Shown here in pieces: positions 9,901-19,703 of a stretch of DNA of 64,000 nt. Below the pieces are notes generated by a model. That model worked only from the letters and a program-made list of their open reading frames with translations. It made no database searches and was not told the DNA's origin. Within the stretch, counting starts at the first letter, position 1. Each line of letters starts with the position of its first letter. Source of the DNA: Actinomycetota bacterium (GTDB taxonomy: Bacteria; Actinomycetota; Thermoleophilia; Gaiellales; Gaiellaceae). The stretch lies in contig PLBK01000021.1 in NCBI GenBank assembly GCA_003134505.1, forward strand, positions 157,276-221,275, read 5' to 3'. Made by a program: the position numbers and the translations under genes.

Positions 9901-10566
9901 ATGGCACCGGACTGGGCAGCGCATTTCGAGCGTGAGCGCGGGCGGTACGAGGACGGCGTGAGCCGGCTGCCCGGGCTGGCCGACGCTGACGAGCGGCAGC
10001 GGCAGCTGACGCGGATGGGGAACGCGGCCGCCGGTGCCGGGCTGGCTCTGCTGATGGACGGCCGGCACGGCGAGGCCGGCGACTGGCTGGAGCTCGCGGC
10101 CCAGCGGTACCGCGAGAGCTTCCCCGGCGCGCCGCCCGGGAGCTGGGGACGTCCGATCGGCGTCGTCAAGGCGCGGCTCCTCGCCGGCGACGGGCTCGCG
10201 GCCGAGGAGGACGCTCGTTGGGCGCTCGCCGAGGATGCGGCGGGGTCGGATTCGCCGATCGGGCGGTACGCGGCCTGTCTCGCCCTGCTGGTGCTCGGGC
10301 GCGACCACGAGGCGCTCGGGCTCGCCGGGTCTCTGCGCGGCCGGGTCGACTTTCCCGCAGACGTGGCGGAGGCCCTGTTCGCGATCGCCGCGGCCGACCA
10401 GGACCTGTACCGCACGTCCGTCGCGGCTGTGCTCCGGTCGTTCGAGGCCCGTGAGGCGTACCTCGAGGACATCCCTGCCGCGGACACCGTCGTCGTGCTG
10501 CAGAAGCTCGCCGAGCCGCGCGGGCTGGAAGCGGAGCTCGACTCGCCGCTCCTGCCGCCGCGCTAG
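9901..10566 (+). CDS. hypothetical helical (TPR-like?) protein
   Basis: ATG at 9901 preceded by ggaggaagca RBS; upstream part of ORF 9034..10566 is antisense to the previous gene and Arg-rich junk. Confidence 0.6.
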   Translation: MAPDWAAHFERERGRYEDGVSRLPGLADADERQRQLTRMGNAAAGAGLALLMDGRHGEAGDWLELAAQRYRESFPGAPPGSWGRPIGVVKARLLAGDGLAAEEDARWALAEDAAGSDSPIGRYAACLALLVLGRDHEALGLAGSLRGRVDFPADVAEALFAIAAADQDLYRTSVAAVLRSFEAREAYLEDIPAADTVVVLQKLAEPRGLEAELDSPLLPPR

Positions 10567-11369
10567 TTGTGGCCTGCGGCGAGCTCTCGCGAGCGTTCCA
10601 TCGCCGCCTGGATCGCGTTCAGGAACGCAGCCCGCACGCCGGCTTGCTCGAGCTCGTGGATCGCGCGGATGGTCGTGCCGCCGGGCGAGGTCACCGCCTC
10701 GCGCAGCTCGACCGGGTGCATCTTCTCGTCCCGCAGGAGCACGGCCGTCCCGAGCATCGTCTGGACGACGAGCTGCGTCGAGATCTCGCGCGACAGGCCG
10801 AGCAGGATGCCGGCCTCGATCATCGCCTCGGCGAGCAGCGCGAAGTACGCAGGCCCGGAGCCCGACACCGCGGTGACGGCGTCCATGTACTCCTCCGGGA
10901 CGCGCACGACCGGGCCGAGGTGCAGGAGCACCTCCTCGGCGATCGCAACGCTCTGCTCCGAGGCGTGGGATCCGGCGCAGAGGCCGGTGATGCCCTCGTG
11001 CACCGTCGCGGGCGCGTTCGGCATCGCGCGGACGACCGGCACCTCCGGCCCGAGCCGCCGCTCGATGAATGCGGTCGGGATCGCTGCGGCCACCGACAGC
11101 ACCGTCTGCTCCTTCGTGACGGCACCGCGAATGCTCTCCAGCAGCTCGTCGAAGTCCTGCGGCTTCACCGCCAGCACGACGACGCCGGCGCCCGCGACCG
11201 CCTCGGCGTTCGACAGGGTCGCCTCGACTCCGTGCCGCTCCTTCAGCTCCGCCACGCGCTCGGCGCGTCGTCCGGTCGCGATCAGGTCGGTCGAGCCGGA
11301 GCTGAGCAGGCCGGCGAGCAGGGACTCGCCGATCTTCCCGCAGCCGAGGATGGCGACGCGGCCGTTCAC
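10563..11369 (-). CDS. proC: pyrroline-5-carboxylate reductase
   Basis: VAILGCGKIGESLLAGL Rossmann start, RAMPNAPA, VTSPGGTT motifs. Confidence 0.9.
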   Translation of the reverse strand: MNGRVAILGCGKIGESLLAGLLSSGSTDLIATGRRAERVAELKERHGVEATLSNAEAVAGAGVVVLAVKPQDFDELLESIRGAVTKEQTVLSVAAAIPTAFIERRLGPEVPVVRAMPNAPATVHEGITGLCAGSHASEQSVAIAEEVLLHLGPVVRVPEEYMDAVTAVSGSGPAYFALLAEAMIEAGILLGLSREISTQLVVQTMLGTAVLLRDEKMHPVELREAVTSPGGTTIRAIHELEQAGVRAAFLNAIQAAMERSRELAAGHN

Positions 11370-11379
11370 GCCGTGGAGT

Positions 11380-12240
11380 CTAGGCCGCGTGCCGAGCGAG
11401 CGGTGCGATCGGCAGGAGGCCGCGCGACCAGCCGGCGAGCATGTACACGCCCGCGAGCCCGGCCCATTCGCCGTACGGTGCCAGGAGCTCCTCGGTCTCC
11501 CACCCCTCGACCCGGCGGCCGCGAATCGCCGACAGCAGCTTGATCAGGCCGAGATCGCCGACCAGCCCGATGTCGTAGCGGCCGAGACCCTCGAGCGCGA
11601 CGACGCCGACCGACCAGGGACCGAGGCCGCGCTCGCGGCCGAGGCGCGCCGCCACGACCGGCGCCGGGAGATCCCGCAGGCGCTCGAGCTCGAGCGAGCC
11701 GCACACACGGACGAGCGTCGCACCCCGGCGAGCGTGCAGCCCGAGCCGGCGCAGCTCGGCGGGGGCGAGCGCCGCGAGGGCGGCCGCGGTCGGCGGAGCG
11801 TGGAGCCCACCGTGCTCCGGCATCACCGCCCGGACGATCCGGCGCTCGATCGCGCGCGCCCGCTTCGCTTCGATCAGCTGTCCGCACAGCGCGCGGACGA
11901 GGGCGCCCGCGACGGTCGGCAGGCGGAGCTGGCGCAGGCCGGCCAGACCGCGGGTCGCCGGGCCGAGCATCGAGTCGCTCCGGAAGCGCCGCAGGAACTC
12001 GCTGTGGTCGGCGTCGATCGCGAGCACGAAGCGGAGTGCCTGCAGCGATTCCTCGCTCTCGGCGGCAAGGCGCAGCGAGCCGTCGGGGAGCTGCCGCGCG
12101 GCTGCCCGCTCCGTGCCGCCGGCCGCCGGCAGCCTCGCTTCGAGCACACCGTCGCGAAACAGCCGCGTCGCGTCGCTCGCGTGCCGTGCCGTCAGAGCGA
12201 GCAAATAGGGGCCTCGTGGGCGGATGACGGCATGAATCAT
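11380..12240 (-). CDS. HhH-GPD superfamily DNA glycosylase (AlkA-like)
   Basis: LRDLPAP..GLGPWSVGVVAL helix-hairpin-helix region followed by GDLGLIKLL (catalytic Asp context). Confidence 0.75.
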   Translation of the reverse strand: MIHAVIRPRGPYLLALTARHASDATRLFRDGVLEARLPAAGGTERAAARQLPDGSLRLAAESEESLQALRFVLAIDADHSEFLRRFRSDSMLGPATRGLAGLRQLRLPTVAGALVRALCGQLIEAKRARAIERRIVRAVMPEHGGLHAPPTAAALAALAPAELRRLGLHARRGATLVRVCGSLELERLRDLPAPVVAARLGRERGLGPWSVGVVALEGLGRYDIGLVGDLGLIKLLSAIRGRRVEGWETEELLAPYGEWAGLAGVYMLAGWSRGLLPIAPLARHAA

Positions 12241-12302
12241 TGCGACAACCTAAAGATTTCCTTCGGACGGCCTCGTTACGCTCTGGCGGCGTGGGCGAGG
12301 GT

Positions 12303-12980
12303 ATGCGGACGACCTGGGACGCCGCCGCGGCCTCGGACCGCGTCGAGCACTACGTCGGCGACCCGGCCACGGCGAGGCCGGAGCTCGACTCGCTCTTCTC
12401 CCGGCTCGGCGACGATCGGCGCGGAGGCACGTGCGTCGAGGTCGGCTGCGGCCCGGGCCGGATGACCGGCTTGCTCGCCGAGCGGTTCGACCGGGTGATC
12501 GCGGTCGACGTCTCGCCGGCCATGCTCGACCTCGCCCGCCGAAGCGTGACAGCGGGGAACGTCGAGCTCCGCCTCGTCTCCGGAAGCCGGCTGGAGACCG
12601 TGGAGGATGGTATCGCGGACGTCGTGGTCTGCTACCTCGTCCTGCAGCACCTGCCTGGCCGCGAGCTCGTCGTGTCGTACCTGCGCGAGTTCGCGCGTGT
12701 GCTCGCGCCGGGCGGCCGCGCCTTCGTGCAGCTGCCCGTGCTCGGGCCCGGGCTGCGGGCTCGCGCGTGGCGCCTCGGCCGCGGGATCGCCGTCCCCGTG
12801 TTCGCGCCTTTCCGCCGCGAGGTCGCAACGCGGCCCGAGTACCGCGGCTTCCGGCTGACCGAGCCGGAGCTGGTCCGGGCGCTCTCGGCCGCCGGCCTGC
12901 GCGTGGCCGCGCGCGACGAGAGCCCGTCCTCGCCGTATCGCTACGCGCGCGAGGTCTTTCTCCGGCTGGAGCGGACGTAG
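12303..12980 (+). CDS. class I SAM-dependent methyltransferase
   Basis: CVEVGCGPGRMTGLLAERFDRVIAVDVSPAML motif I/II; ATG 12303 preferred to TTG 12240. Confidence 0.8.
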   Translation: MRTTWDAAAASDRVEHYVGDPATARPELDSLFSRLGDDRRGGTCVEVGCGPGRMTGLLAERFDRVIAVDVSPAMLDLARRSVTAGNVELRLVSGSRLETVEDGIADVVVCYLVLQHLPGRELVVSYLREFARVLAPGGRAFVQLPVLGPGLRARAWRLGRGIAVPVFAPFRREVATRPEYRGFRLTEPELVRALSAAGLRVAARDESPSSPYRYAREVFLRLERT

Positions 12981-14432
12981 GTGGCCACGGCGCTCGCCCT
13001 CGTCGTCTTCGTCGTCCTGACCGGGGCGGCGGCGCTCGCCGTCTGGCGGCGGCCGATCGCGGCGCTCTACCTCTTCCTGGTCGGCCTGGCCGCGCACAAC
13101 ATCGTCATGTCGCTGCTCTGGGGAGTCGGCGTGCGCGGGAGCTCGCTCGAGCTGATCTCGGCGTGGAAGGACATCCTGCTCGCGGTGGCCGTCGCCCGCG
13201 TCGCCCTCGACGGCCTACGGGCAAGGCGCCTGCCGTTCCGGCCCGGCCCGATCGACCTGCTCGCGCTCGCCTTCGCCGCGCTCGTTCTGGTCTACGCCGT
13301 CATCCCGCAGAGCGCGCTCGGCGGCCAGGCCGGTGGAAGCGCGATCATGCACGCGATCCGGCACGACCTCGTCCCCGTGGTCGCGTTCCTGCTCGGCCGG
13401 GCGCTCGGCATCACCGCGGAACGGGTCCGCTCGATCGCCTGGACGATGCTCGGCGCGGCTGCCGCGGTCGCGGGCTTCGGGCTGATCGAGGAGTACACGG
13501 TGAGCGTGGGGTGGTGGCACCGCTCGGGCGCGGTCGGCTACTTCGATAAGCAGCTCGGCTTCGACTACCACGGGCCTGGCGGGATGCCCGAGAACTTCGC
13601 CTTCAACACCGGCCACAACCACCTCTACCGCCGCTTGATCTCGACCTTCGTCAGCCCCCTCGCGGCTGGCTACATGCTCGTCGTCTCGCTCCTCGTCGCG
13701 CCGCTCCGCCGCCTCGCGCTCCCGCTGGCCGCGCTCGCGTTCGCGGGGCTCGTGTTCACGATCTCGCGCTCCGCCCTCACGGGGCTCGTCGCCGGCCTGA
13801 TCGTCCTCGCCGTCGCGCGGGGGGAGCTCTGGCCGGTTGCGCTCGCCGTCGTCGTCATCGGGGTCGGGATCGGATTCGACCGCACGTACACGCATCTGGC
13901 TCCCACGACGCATTTCCTCCCGTCCGAGATCAAGCAACAGGAGGAGAACGCGAAGAAGCATCCCGGCGCGAAGACCCAGCTGTTCAGCTTCAACGAGCCG
14001 TCCTGGAGAAGCCACCTCACGAACCTCCGCGACGGGCTGAGCACGGTCGTCCACCACCCGCAGGGCTACGGGCTCGGCAACGCGGGCGCGACGGCGCAGC
14101 GCTTCGGAGTGCAGCTGAAAGCCGGCGAGTCCAACTACACCGAGATCGGCGTCGAGACCGGCCTTCTCGGCATGCTCGTCTTCGTCGCCTGGAACCTGGC
14201 GCTGCTCGCCGGCCTCGTCGGCCGCGCGTGGCGGGAGCCTCCGGGGGCTGTTCGCGACGCCGCTGCCGGGGTCGCCGCCGCGCTGGCCGCGATCCTGCTC
14301 ATCGCCGTGCAGACCGACGCCTACGGCATCCCCTGGCTGGGTTACTGCCTGTGGTGGCTGGCCGGCTCGCTGACGACGTCCCTCGCCTGCGGCCGCTCCC
14401 GCCGGGCGAAGCCCGGCTCCGCCGCCGCCTGA
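12981..14432 (+). CDS. O-antigen ligase/polymerase-like (Wzy_C) membrane protein
   Basis: About 10 TM segments; FTISRSALTGLVAGL and periplasmic loop with HPQGYGLGN resemble O-antigen ligase family. Confidence 0.7.
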   Translation: MATALALVVFVVLTGAAALAVWRRPIAALYLFLVGLAAHNIVMSLLWGVGVRGSSLELISAWKDILLAVAVARVALDGLRARRLPFRPGPIDLLALAFAALVLVYAVIPQSALGGQAGGSAIMHAIRHDLVPVVAFLLGRALGITAERVRSIAWTMLGAAAAVAGFGLIEEYTVSVGWWHRSGAVGYFDKQLGFDYHGPGGMPENFAFNTGHNHLYRRLISTFVSPLAAGYMLVVSLLVAPLRRLALPLAALAFAGLVFTISRSALTGLVAGLIVLAVARGELWPVALAVVVIGVGIGFDRTYTHLAPTTHFLPSEIKQQEENAKKHPGAKTQLFSFNEPSWRSHLTNLRDGLSTVVHHPQGYGLGNAGATAQRFGVQLKAGESNYTEIGVETGLLGMLVFVAWNLALLAGLVGRAWREPPGAVRDAAAGVAAALAAILLIAVQTDAYGIPWLGYCLWWLAGSLTTSLACGRSRRAKPGSAAA

Positions 14433-14553
14433 CCCCGCTGGCGGCACGGTGCTCTCCGGCCCCGTATTGCTCATACTGTGACCTCCGGCCCCGCACCGCC
14501 AGCGGCGCCCGAGGAACGCCTCAGCGAGCCGCCGGGGGAGCGCTGACCGTGGG

Positions 14554-14874
14554 CTATTCGCGCTCGACGAGCAGGACCAGCCCCTGAAGGCCGCGCACGC
14601 GGACGAACTCGCCGACCTCCGCGCCGCCCTCGCAGCGGGCGTTCCAGATTTCGCCCCGGACGGCGACCTTGCCGAACGGCTCACAGCGGCTGACCACTCT
14701 CGCCTCGACCCCGGCGAGCGCCTCGGCACCCGTTTGCGCCCGTCGGCGCTGCGACCACCAGATCGCACCGCCGACTTGCAGGATCTCCCAGATCGCCGCC
14801 GCGCCGACCGCGATCCAGTTCCACGGCGAGTCGAGGAAGAAGATCGCGAGCAGGACCGCGAGGAAGAAGATCAC
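14554..14874 (-). CDS. NfeD-family membrane protein (short form)
   Basis: Two TM helices then OB-fold tail GKVAVRGEIWNARCEGGAEVGEFVRVRGLQGLVLLV; GTG start at 14874; rest of ORF 14554..16566 is antisense to korA. Confidence 0.7.
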   Translation of the reverse strand: MIFFLAVLLAIFFLDSPWNWIAVGAAAIWEILQVGGAIWWSQRRRAQTGAEALAGVEARVVSRCEPFGKVAVRGEIWNARCEGGAEVGEFVRVRGLQGLVLLVERE

Positions 14875-14922
14875 GCCGGCTGTCGGGGTCGTCGGTGCAT
14901 GCGCTATACCTAACGGAACAGC

Positions 14923-16764
14923 ATGGCGAAGAGCATCCAGCAGGTCGAGCAGGTCACGATCCGCTTCGCGGGCGACTCCGGCGACGGGATGCAGCTGACG
15001 GGCACCCGCTTCACGAGCGAGACGGCCGCGTTCGGGAACGACCTCTCGACGCTCCCGGACTTCCCCGCCGAGATCCGCGCGCCCGCAGGCTCGCTGCCGG
15101 GCGTCTCCGGCTTTCAGATCCACTTCGCCGACCACGACATCCTCACGCCGGGTGATCAGCCGGACGTGCTCGTGGCGATGAACCCCGCGGCGCTGAAGAC
15201 GAACCTGAAGGACCTGCGCGGGGGCGGCACGCTGATCGTCAACCGCGACGCCTTCAGCGACAAGAACCTCCAGAAGGCGTCCTACCCCTCGAACCCGCTC
15301 GAGGACGGCTCGCTCGACGACTACAACGTCCACGCGCTGCCGCTGACGACGATGACCGTCGAGGCGCTGAAGGGGATCGAGGGGATCACTCCGCGTGAGG
15401 CGGAACGGTCGAAGAACTTCTTCGCGCTCGGCCTGATGTCGTGGCTCTACGGCCGCCCGGTCGAGACGACGCTCACCTACATCGACGAGAAGTTCGGCCA
15501 GCGGGCCGAGCTGGCCGAGGCGAACTCGCGTGCCTTCAAGGCCGGCTTCAACTACGGCGAGACGAGCGAGGACTTCGTCGTCTCGTACGAGGTCAAGCCG
15601 GCGAAGCTGCCGCCCGGCCTCTACCGCCAGATCACCGGCAACCAGGCGCTCTCGCTCGGGCTGGTCGCGGCGAGCATCCAGAGCAAGCTGCCGCTCTACC
15701 TCGGCGCCTACCCGATCACGCCGGCCTCGGCGATCCTCGAGGAGCTCGCCCGCTACAAGCAGTTCGGGATCAGGACGTTCCAGGCCGAGGACGAGATCGC
15801 GGCGGCCGGCGCGGCGCTCGGCGCCGCGTTCGGCGGCGCGCTCGGCGTCTGCACCTCGGCCGGGCCCGGCATCGTCTTGAAGGGCGAGACGGTCGGCCTC
15901 GGCGTGATGCTCGAGCTGCCGCTCGTCGTCATCGACGTCCAGCGGGCAGGCCCGTCGACCGGGATGCCGACGAAGCCCGAGCAGGCCGACCTGCTGATGG
16001 TGCTCTATGGGCGCAACTCCGAGTCTCCCGTGCCCGTGCTCGCGGCCTCGACGCCGGGCGGGTGCTTCGAGATGGCGATCGAGGCGGTACGGATCGCGAT
16101 CAAGTACCGGACGCCCGTCTACCTGCTCTCGGACGCGTACCTGGCGAACGGCTCCGAGCCGTGGCTCGTCCCGGACGCGAGCGCGCTGCCCGATCTGACG
16201 GTCGAGTTCGCGACCGGGCCGAACTCCGGCGACGAGTTCCTGCCCTACCTGCGCGATCCGGTGACGCTCGCGCGGCCGTGGGCGATTCCCGGCACACCCG
16301 GCCTCGAGCACCGCATCGGCGGGCTCGAGAAGGAGGACGTGACCGGCAATGTCTCCTACGACCCGGACAACCACGACGCGATGGTCCGCCTGCGCGCTCA
16401 GAAGGTCGCCGGGATCGCCGCGGACATCCCGGAGCTGGAGGTCGACGACCCCGGCGGCGAGGCGAGGCTGCTCGTGCTCGGCTGGGGCGGCACCTACGGG
16501 CCGATCGCCGCGGCCGCCCGGCGCATCCGCAAGCAGGGACGCTCGGTCGCGCATGCCCACCTCCACTACCTGAACCCGTTCCCGCGGAATACCGGCGAGG
16601 TGCTCTCGCGCTACGAGCGCGTGCTCGTGCCGGAGATGAACCTCGGCCAGCTGCTCAAGCTGATCCGGGCCGAGTTCCTCGTCGACGCCGTCGGCTACAA
16701 CCGGGTGCGCGGCGTCCCCTTCCGCCCGAGCGAGCTCGCGGACGCGATCGAGACGATGTTGTGA
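14923..16764 (+). CDS. korA: 2-oxoglutarate/2-oxoacid:ferredoxin oxidoreductase subunit alpha
   Basis: VTIRFAGDSGDGMQLTG start, GAYPITPAS, EDEIAAAGAALGAAFGG motifs. Confidence 0.9.
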   Translation: MAKSIQQVEQVTIRFAGDSGDGMQLTGTRFTSETAAFGNDLSTLPDFPAEIRAPAGSLPGVSGFQIHFADHDILTPGDQPDVLVAMNPAALKTNLKDLRGGGTLIVNRDAFSDKNLQKASYPSNPLEDGSLDDYNVHALPLTTMTVEALKGIEGITPREAERSKNFFALGLMSWLYGRPVETTLTYIDEKFGQRAELAEANSRAFKAGFNYGETSEDFVVSYEVKPAKLPPGLYRQITGNQALSLGLVAASIQSKLPLYLGAYPITPASAILEELARYKQFGIRTFQAEDEIAAAGAALGAAFGGALGVCTSAGPGIVLKGETVGLGVMLELPLVVIDVQRAGPSTGMPTKPEQADLLMVLYGRNSESPVPVLAASTPGGCFEMAIEAVRIAIKYRTPVYLLSDAYLANGSEPWLVPDASALPDLTVEFATGPNSGDEFLPYLRDPVTLARPWAIPGTPGLEHRIGGLEKEDVTGNVSYDPDNHDAMVRLRAQKVAGIAADIPELEVDDPGGEARLLVLGWGGTYGPIAAAARRIRKQGRSVAHAHLHYLNPFPRNTGEVLSRYERVLVPEMNLGQLLKLIRAEFLVDAVGYNRVRGVPFRPSELADAIETML

Positions 16765-17801
16765 CCGAGAACGGCTCGAACGGCAAGACGAACGGCAAGA
16801 GCGGCCTCGCGCTCACGGCCAAGGACTTCAAGTCCGACCAGGAGGTGCGCTGGTGCCCGGGCTGCGGCGACTACGCCATCCTCGCCTCCGTCCAGAGCTT
16901 CATGCCGGAGCTCGGCTTCCCGCGCGAGAAGATCGTCTTCGTCTCCGGGATCGGCTGCGCCGCGCGCTTCCCGTATTACATGCAGACGTACGGGATGCAC
17001 TCGATCCACGGTCGCGCGCCCGCGATCGCGACCGGCCTGGCCACGTCTCGGCCTGACCTGTCCGTCTGGGTCGTGGGTGGCGACGGCGACATGCTCTCGA
17101 TCGGCGGCAACCACCTGATCCACGCACTGCGCCGCAACGTCAACCTGAAGCTGCTGCTCTTCAACAACCAGGTCTACGGGCTGACGAAGGGGCAGTACTC
17201 GCCGACGTCCCCGCGAGGGCAGCGGTCAGGCTCGACGCCGATGGGCTCGATCGACGAGCCGTTCAACCCGCTCGGCGTCGCGATCGGGGCCGAGGCGACC
17301 TTCGTCGCGCGCGCGATCGACACCGACCGGAAGCACCTCACCGAGGTCTTGCGCCGCGCGGCGGCACACCGTGGTGCGGCCTTCGTCGAGGTCCTCCAGA
17401 ACTGCAACATCTACAACGACGGGGCGTTCGACGCCGTCCGGGACGACGAGGCGAATCGGATCTACCTGCGCCACGGCGAGCCGGTGCGCTTCGGCGCCGA
17501 CGGGGAGCGGGGCGTCCGTGGCCTGCGTGACGGGACGGTCGAGATCGTCGACGTGGCCGAGGTGGGCGAGGACAAGCTGCTCGTGCACGACGAGCACGCG
17601 GTGCAGCCGAGCCTGGCGTTCGCGCTCAGCCGCCTGATGCTGCAGGAGGTCGGGGTGGCGCCGGTCGGCGTCTTCCGCGACGTCGAGCAGCCGGTCTACG
17701 ACGACCTGATGACCGAGCAGATCACGCAGTCGATCGAGCAGCGGGGCGAGGGGGATCTCACGTCCCTGCTGCACGGCAACGACACCTGGACGATCGGCTA
17801 G
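16761..17801 (+). CDS. korB: 2-oxoglutarate/2-oxoacid:ferredoxin oxidoreductase subunit beta
   Basis: GTG overlaps korA stop (GTGA); RWCPGCGDYAIL and TPP-binding GGDGDMLSIGGNH motifs. Confidence 0.9.
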   Translation: MTENGSNGKTNGKSGLALTAKDFKSDQEVRWCPGCGDYAILASVQSFMPELGFPREKIVFVSGIGCAARFPYYMQTYGMHSIHGRAPAIATGLATSRPDLSVWVVGGDGDMLSIGGNHLIHALRRNVNLKLLLFNNQVYGLTKGQYSPTSPRGQRSGSTPMGSIDEPFNPLGVAIGAEATFVARAIDTDRKHLTEVLRRAAAHRGAAFVEVLQNCNIYNDGAFDAVRDDEANRIYLRHGEPVRFGADGERGVRGLRDGTVEIVDVAEVGEDKLLVHDEHAVQPSLAFALSRLMLQEVGVAPVGVFRDVEQPVYDDLMTEQITQSIEQRGEGDLTSLLHGNDTWTIG

Positions 17802-18010
17802 CCCGCTCACCCGCGGAGCCCCGAGGCGACTCGGCGCGCTCCGGACACGGCCATCCAGGCCGGGTTTGCGCGCATATCCCCACCCTGGGTGGGGATTACG
17901 GCCACCCGCCACCCGCGATGAGCGTAACGACGAAGTCCGCACGTGTCTGTGCCGCAACTGTGTCAAAACTGTGACGATTCGTCCCCAGGCAAGAGCCTGC
18001 GCCCCGAAGC

Positions 18011-19642
18011 TCAGGGCACGAGTGCCATGATCGCCTGGCGCAGCACGCCGCCGACCGGGGCCACCGCCAGCGAGTAGACAGGCACGGCCTGGCCGTCGAC
18101 GAACGACGTCGAGATGTAGTCGCCGAGGAAGCGTCCTTCGGCGACCGGCAACCAGTCGAGGCGCATCGACTGAGCATCGAGCCGCTGCGGCTGCGCCCAG
18201 CTTGTGCCGCCGTCGCCGGACGTCGTCAGCCACACGTCGACGCCCGGGCAGGCAGGTCGGTTCGCGCACGCGTCCGGCAGCGAGTAGTAGGTGACGGCGA
18301 GCCGCTGATCCGGCCCGGACGTCGCCGGATCGGCCGCGAGGCCCGGGACGAGCTGGCTCGCGCCCGGGGTCGCAGGCCCGACCGGGGCCGGTGTCGACCA
18401 CACCTGCCCGTCGGCGGACGTCGACAGCAGGATCCTGTCCCGGCCGCATGACGGGTCGAGCCGGCAGTCGGGCCAGGTGACGAAGAGCCTTCCGTCGGAC
18501 GCCACGTCCGCAGACGGCAGTGGCGGAGCGCGTAGGCCGACCGTCGGGAACACCGACAGGCTCGAGACCTGGACGCTCGGCTCGAAGCTGGCGCCGCCGT
18601 CCACGGAGCGCGCCGCGAGCACCTCGTCCGAGAAGGACGGTCCCTGCGCGCCGCTCACCTCGTAGACGACGACGAGCGAGCCGTCGGGCCGCGGCAGCGG
18701 CTGCGCGCCGTTCGCCTCGACGCCCTGCGGAGGCTGGATCGAGGTCGTTGCGGGCACGCCCCAGGTCAGCCCGCCGTCGCTGCTCGTCTGCGTGACGATG
18801 AGCCCGCTCCCGACGTCGAGGTAGGACAGGTAACAGCGGCCGCGGTTCGGGCTCGAGGGCCAGTTGTCGCACGCGACCCACTCCTTGTCGAGCGTTCCGG
18901 ACGCTGCTTGCCTCGCCGTGACCGGCGGGCTCCACGAGATCCCGTCCGTGGAGCGGCTGATGAGGACCTGGAAGGTATCGGCGGCGATGCCGAGCGAGCT
19001 CGCGAGCCAGACGCCGTGGGCGGCGTCGAAGGCGACGGTCGGATCGCTCGCGCGCGGGTCCGTTCCGGGCTGCGGCGAGAACGAGGTCACGCCGGGCAGC
19101 AGGCCCGAACGCCAGTGGCGGCCTCCGTCCACGGATGTCGCTTCGCCGATCGCCGTCGCGCCGCCGCTTTCGATCCGGCCGACCTGGAAGACGGCCACGA
19201 TGGTCTGGCCGAAGGCGAAGCTGTCCGGCTCGACCTCGGTCGCATGCTGTGCGCCGCCGCCCGAGATCGTGTCCGTGGAGAGCTGGCGGCTCGTCACCTC
19301 GCAGTCGCGCGCCACCGAGTCGCCGGCATCCGCATTGACGATGTCCTTCCCGGCTCCGCAGGACACCGTGTCGCGAGCTCCGTCGCCGTTGGCCACGATC
19401 GAGTCGTTGCCCGGACCGCCGAAGATCTTGTCGCGGCCCGGCCCGCCGATCAGCAGGTCGTTGCCGCCCAGGCCGAGGATCGTGTCATTGCCGGCGGCTC
19501 CGTCGATCGTGTCGGCCTTCTGCGTGCCGACGAGACGGTCAGCGCGGCTCGTGCCCTTGATCGTCGCTGCGAAGACTCCGGCCGGCCCGGCGAGGAAGAG
19601 CAGGGTCAGCGCGGCGAGGAGCCGGAGGCGCACCGGGGGCAC
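18011..19642 (-). CDS. secreted protein: N-terminal RTX-type Ca-binding repeats plus BNR/sialidase-like beta-propeller
   Basis: Signal peptide; GTxxADxLxG..GAAGNDTILGLGGNDLLIGGPGRDKIFGGPGNDSI repeats; four SxDGGxxW/F BNR motifs (SVDGGRHW, SSDGGLTW, SVDGGASF, SGDGGTSW). Confidence 0.8.
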   Translation of the reverse strand: MPPVRLRLLAALTLLFLAGPAGVFAATIKGTSRADRLVGTQKADTIDGAAGNDTILGLGGNDLLIGGPGRDKIFGGPGNDSIVANGDGARDTVSCGAGKDIVNADAGDSVARDCEVTSRQLSTDTISGGGAQHATEVEPDSFAFGQTIVAVFQVGRIESGGATAIGEATSVDGGRHWRSGLLPGVTSFSPQPGTDPRASDPTVAFDAAHGVWLASSLGIAADTFQVLISRSTDGISWSPPVTARQAASGTLDKEWVACDNWPSSPNRGRCYLSYLDVGSGLIVTQTSSDGGLTWGVPATTSIQPPQGVEANGAQPLPRPDGSLVVVYEVSGAQGPSFSDEVLAARSVDGGASFEPSVQVSSLSVFPTVGLRAPPLPSADVASDGRLFVTWPDCRLDPSCGRDRILLSTSADGQVWSTPAPVGPATPGASQLVPGLAADPATSGPDQRLAVTYYSLPDACANRPACPGVDVWLTTSGDGGTSWAQPQRLDAQSMRLDWLPVAEGRFLGDYISTSFVDGQAVPVYSLAVAPVGGVLRQAIMALVP

Positions 19643-19703
19643 GGTAGCGAAACGGGCCCGCCGGCCGGGCAGGCCCGTTTCACGTCCTCAGTAGACGAGG
19701 CTC

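Noticed and set aside
10567-12465. 632-aa plus-strand ORF
   Set aside because: Antisense to proC and the AlkA-like gene, with Ser/Arg/Ala-rich low complexity.
14875-16566. Upstream two-thirds of the 670-aa minus-strand ORF 14554..16566
   Set aside because: Antisense to korA, which has unmistakable family motifs. Only the last 106 codons (NfeD-like) are credible.
17226-18935. 569-aa minus-strand ORF
   Set aside because: Overlaps korB antisense and is out of frame with the BNR/RTX protein, which has clear repeats.
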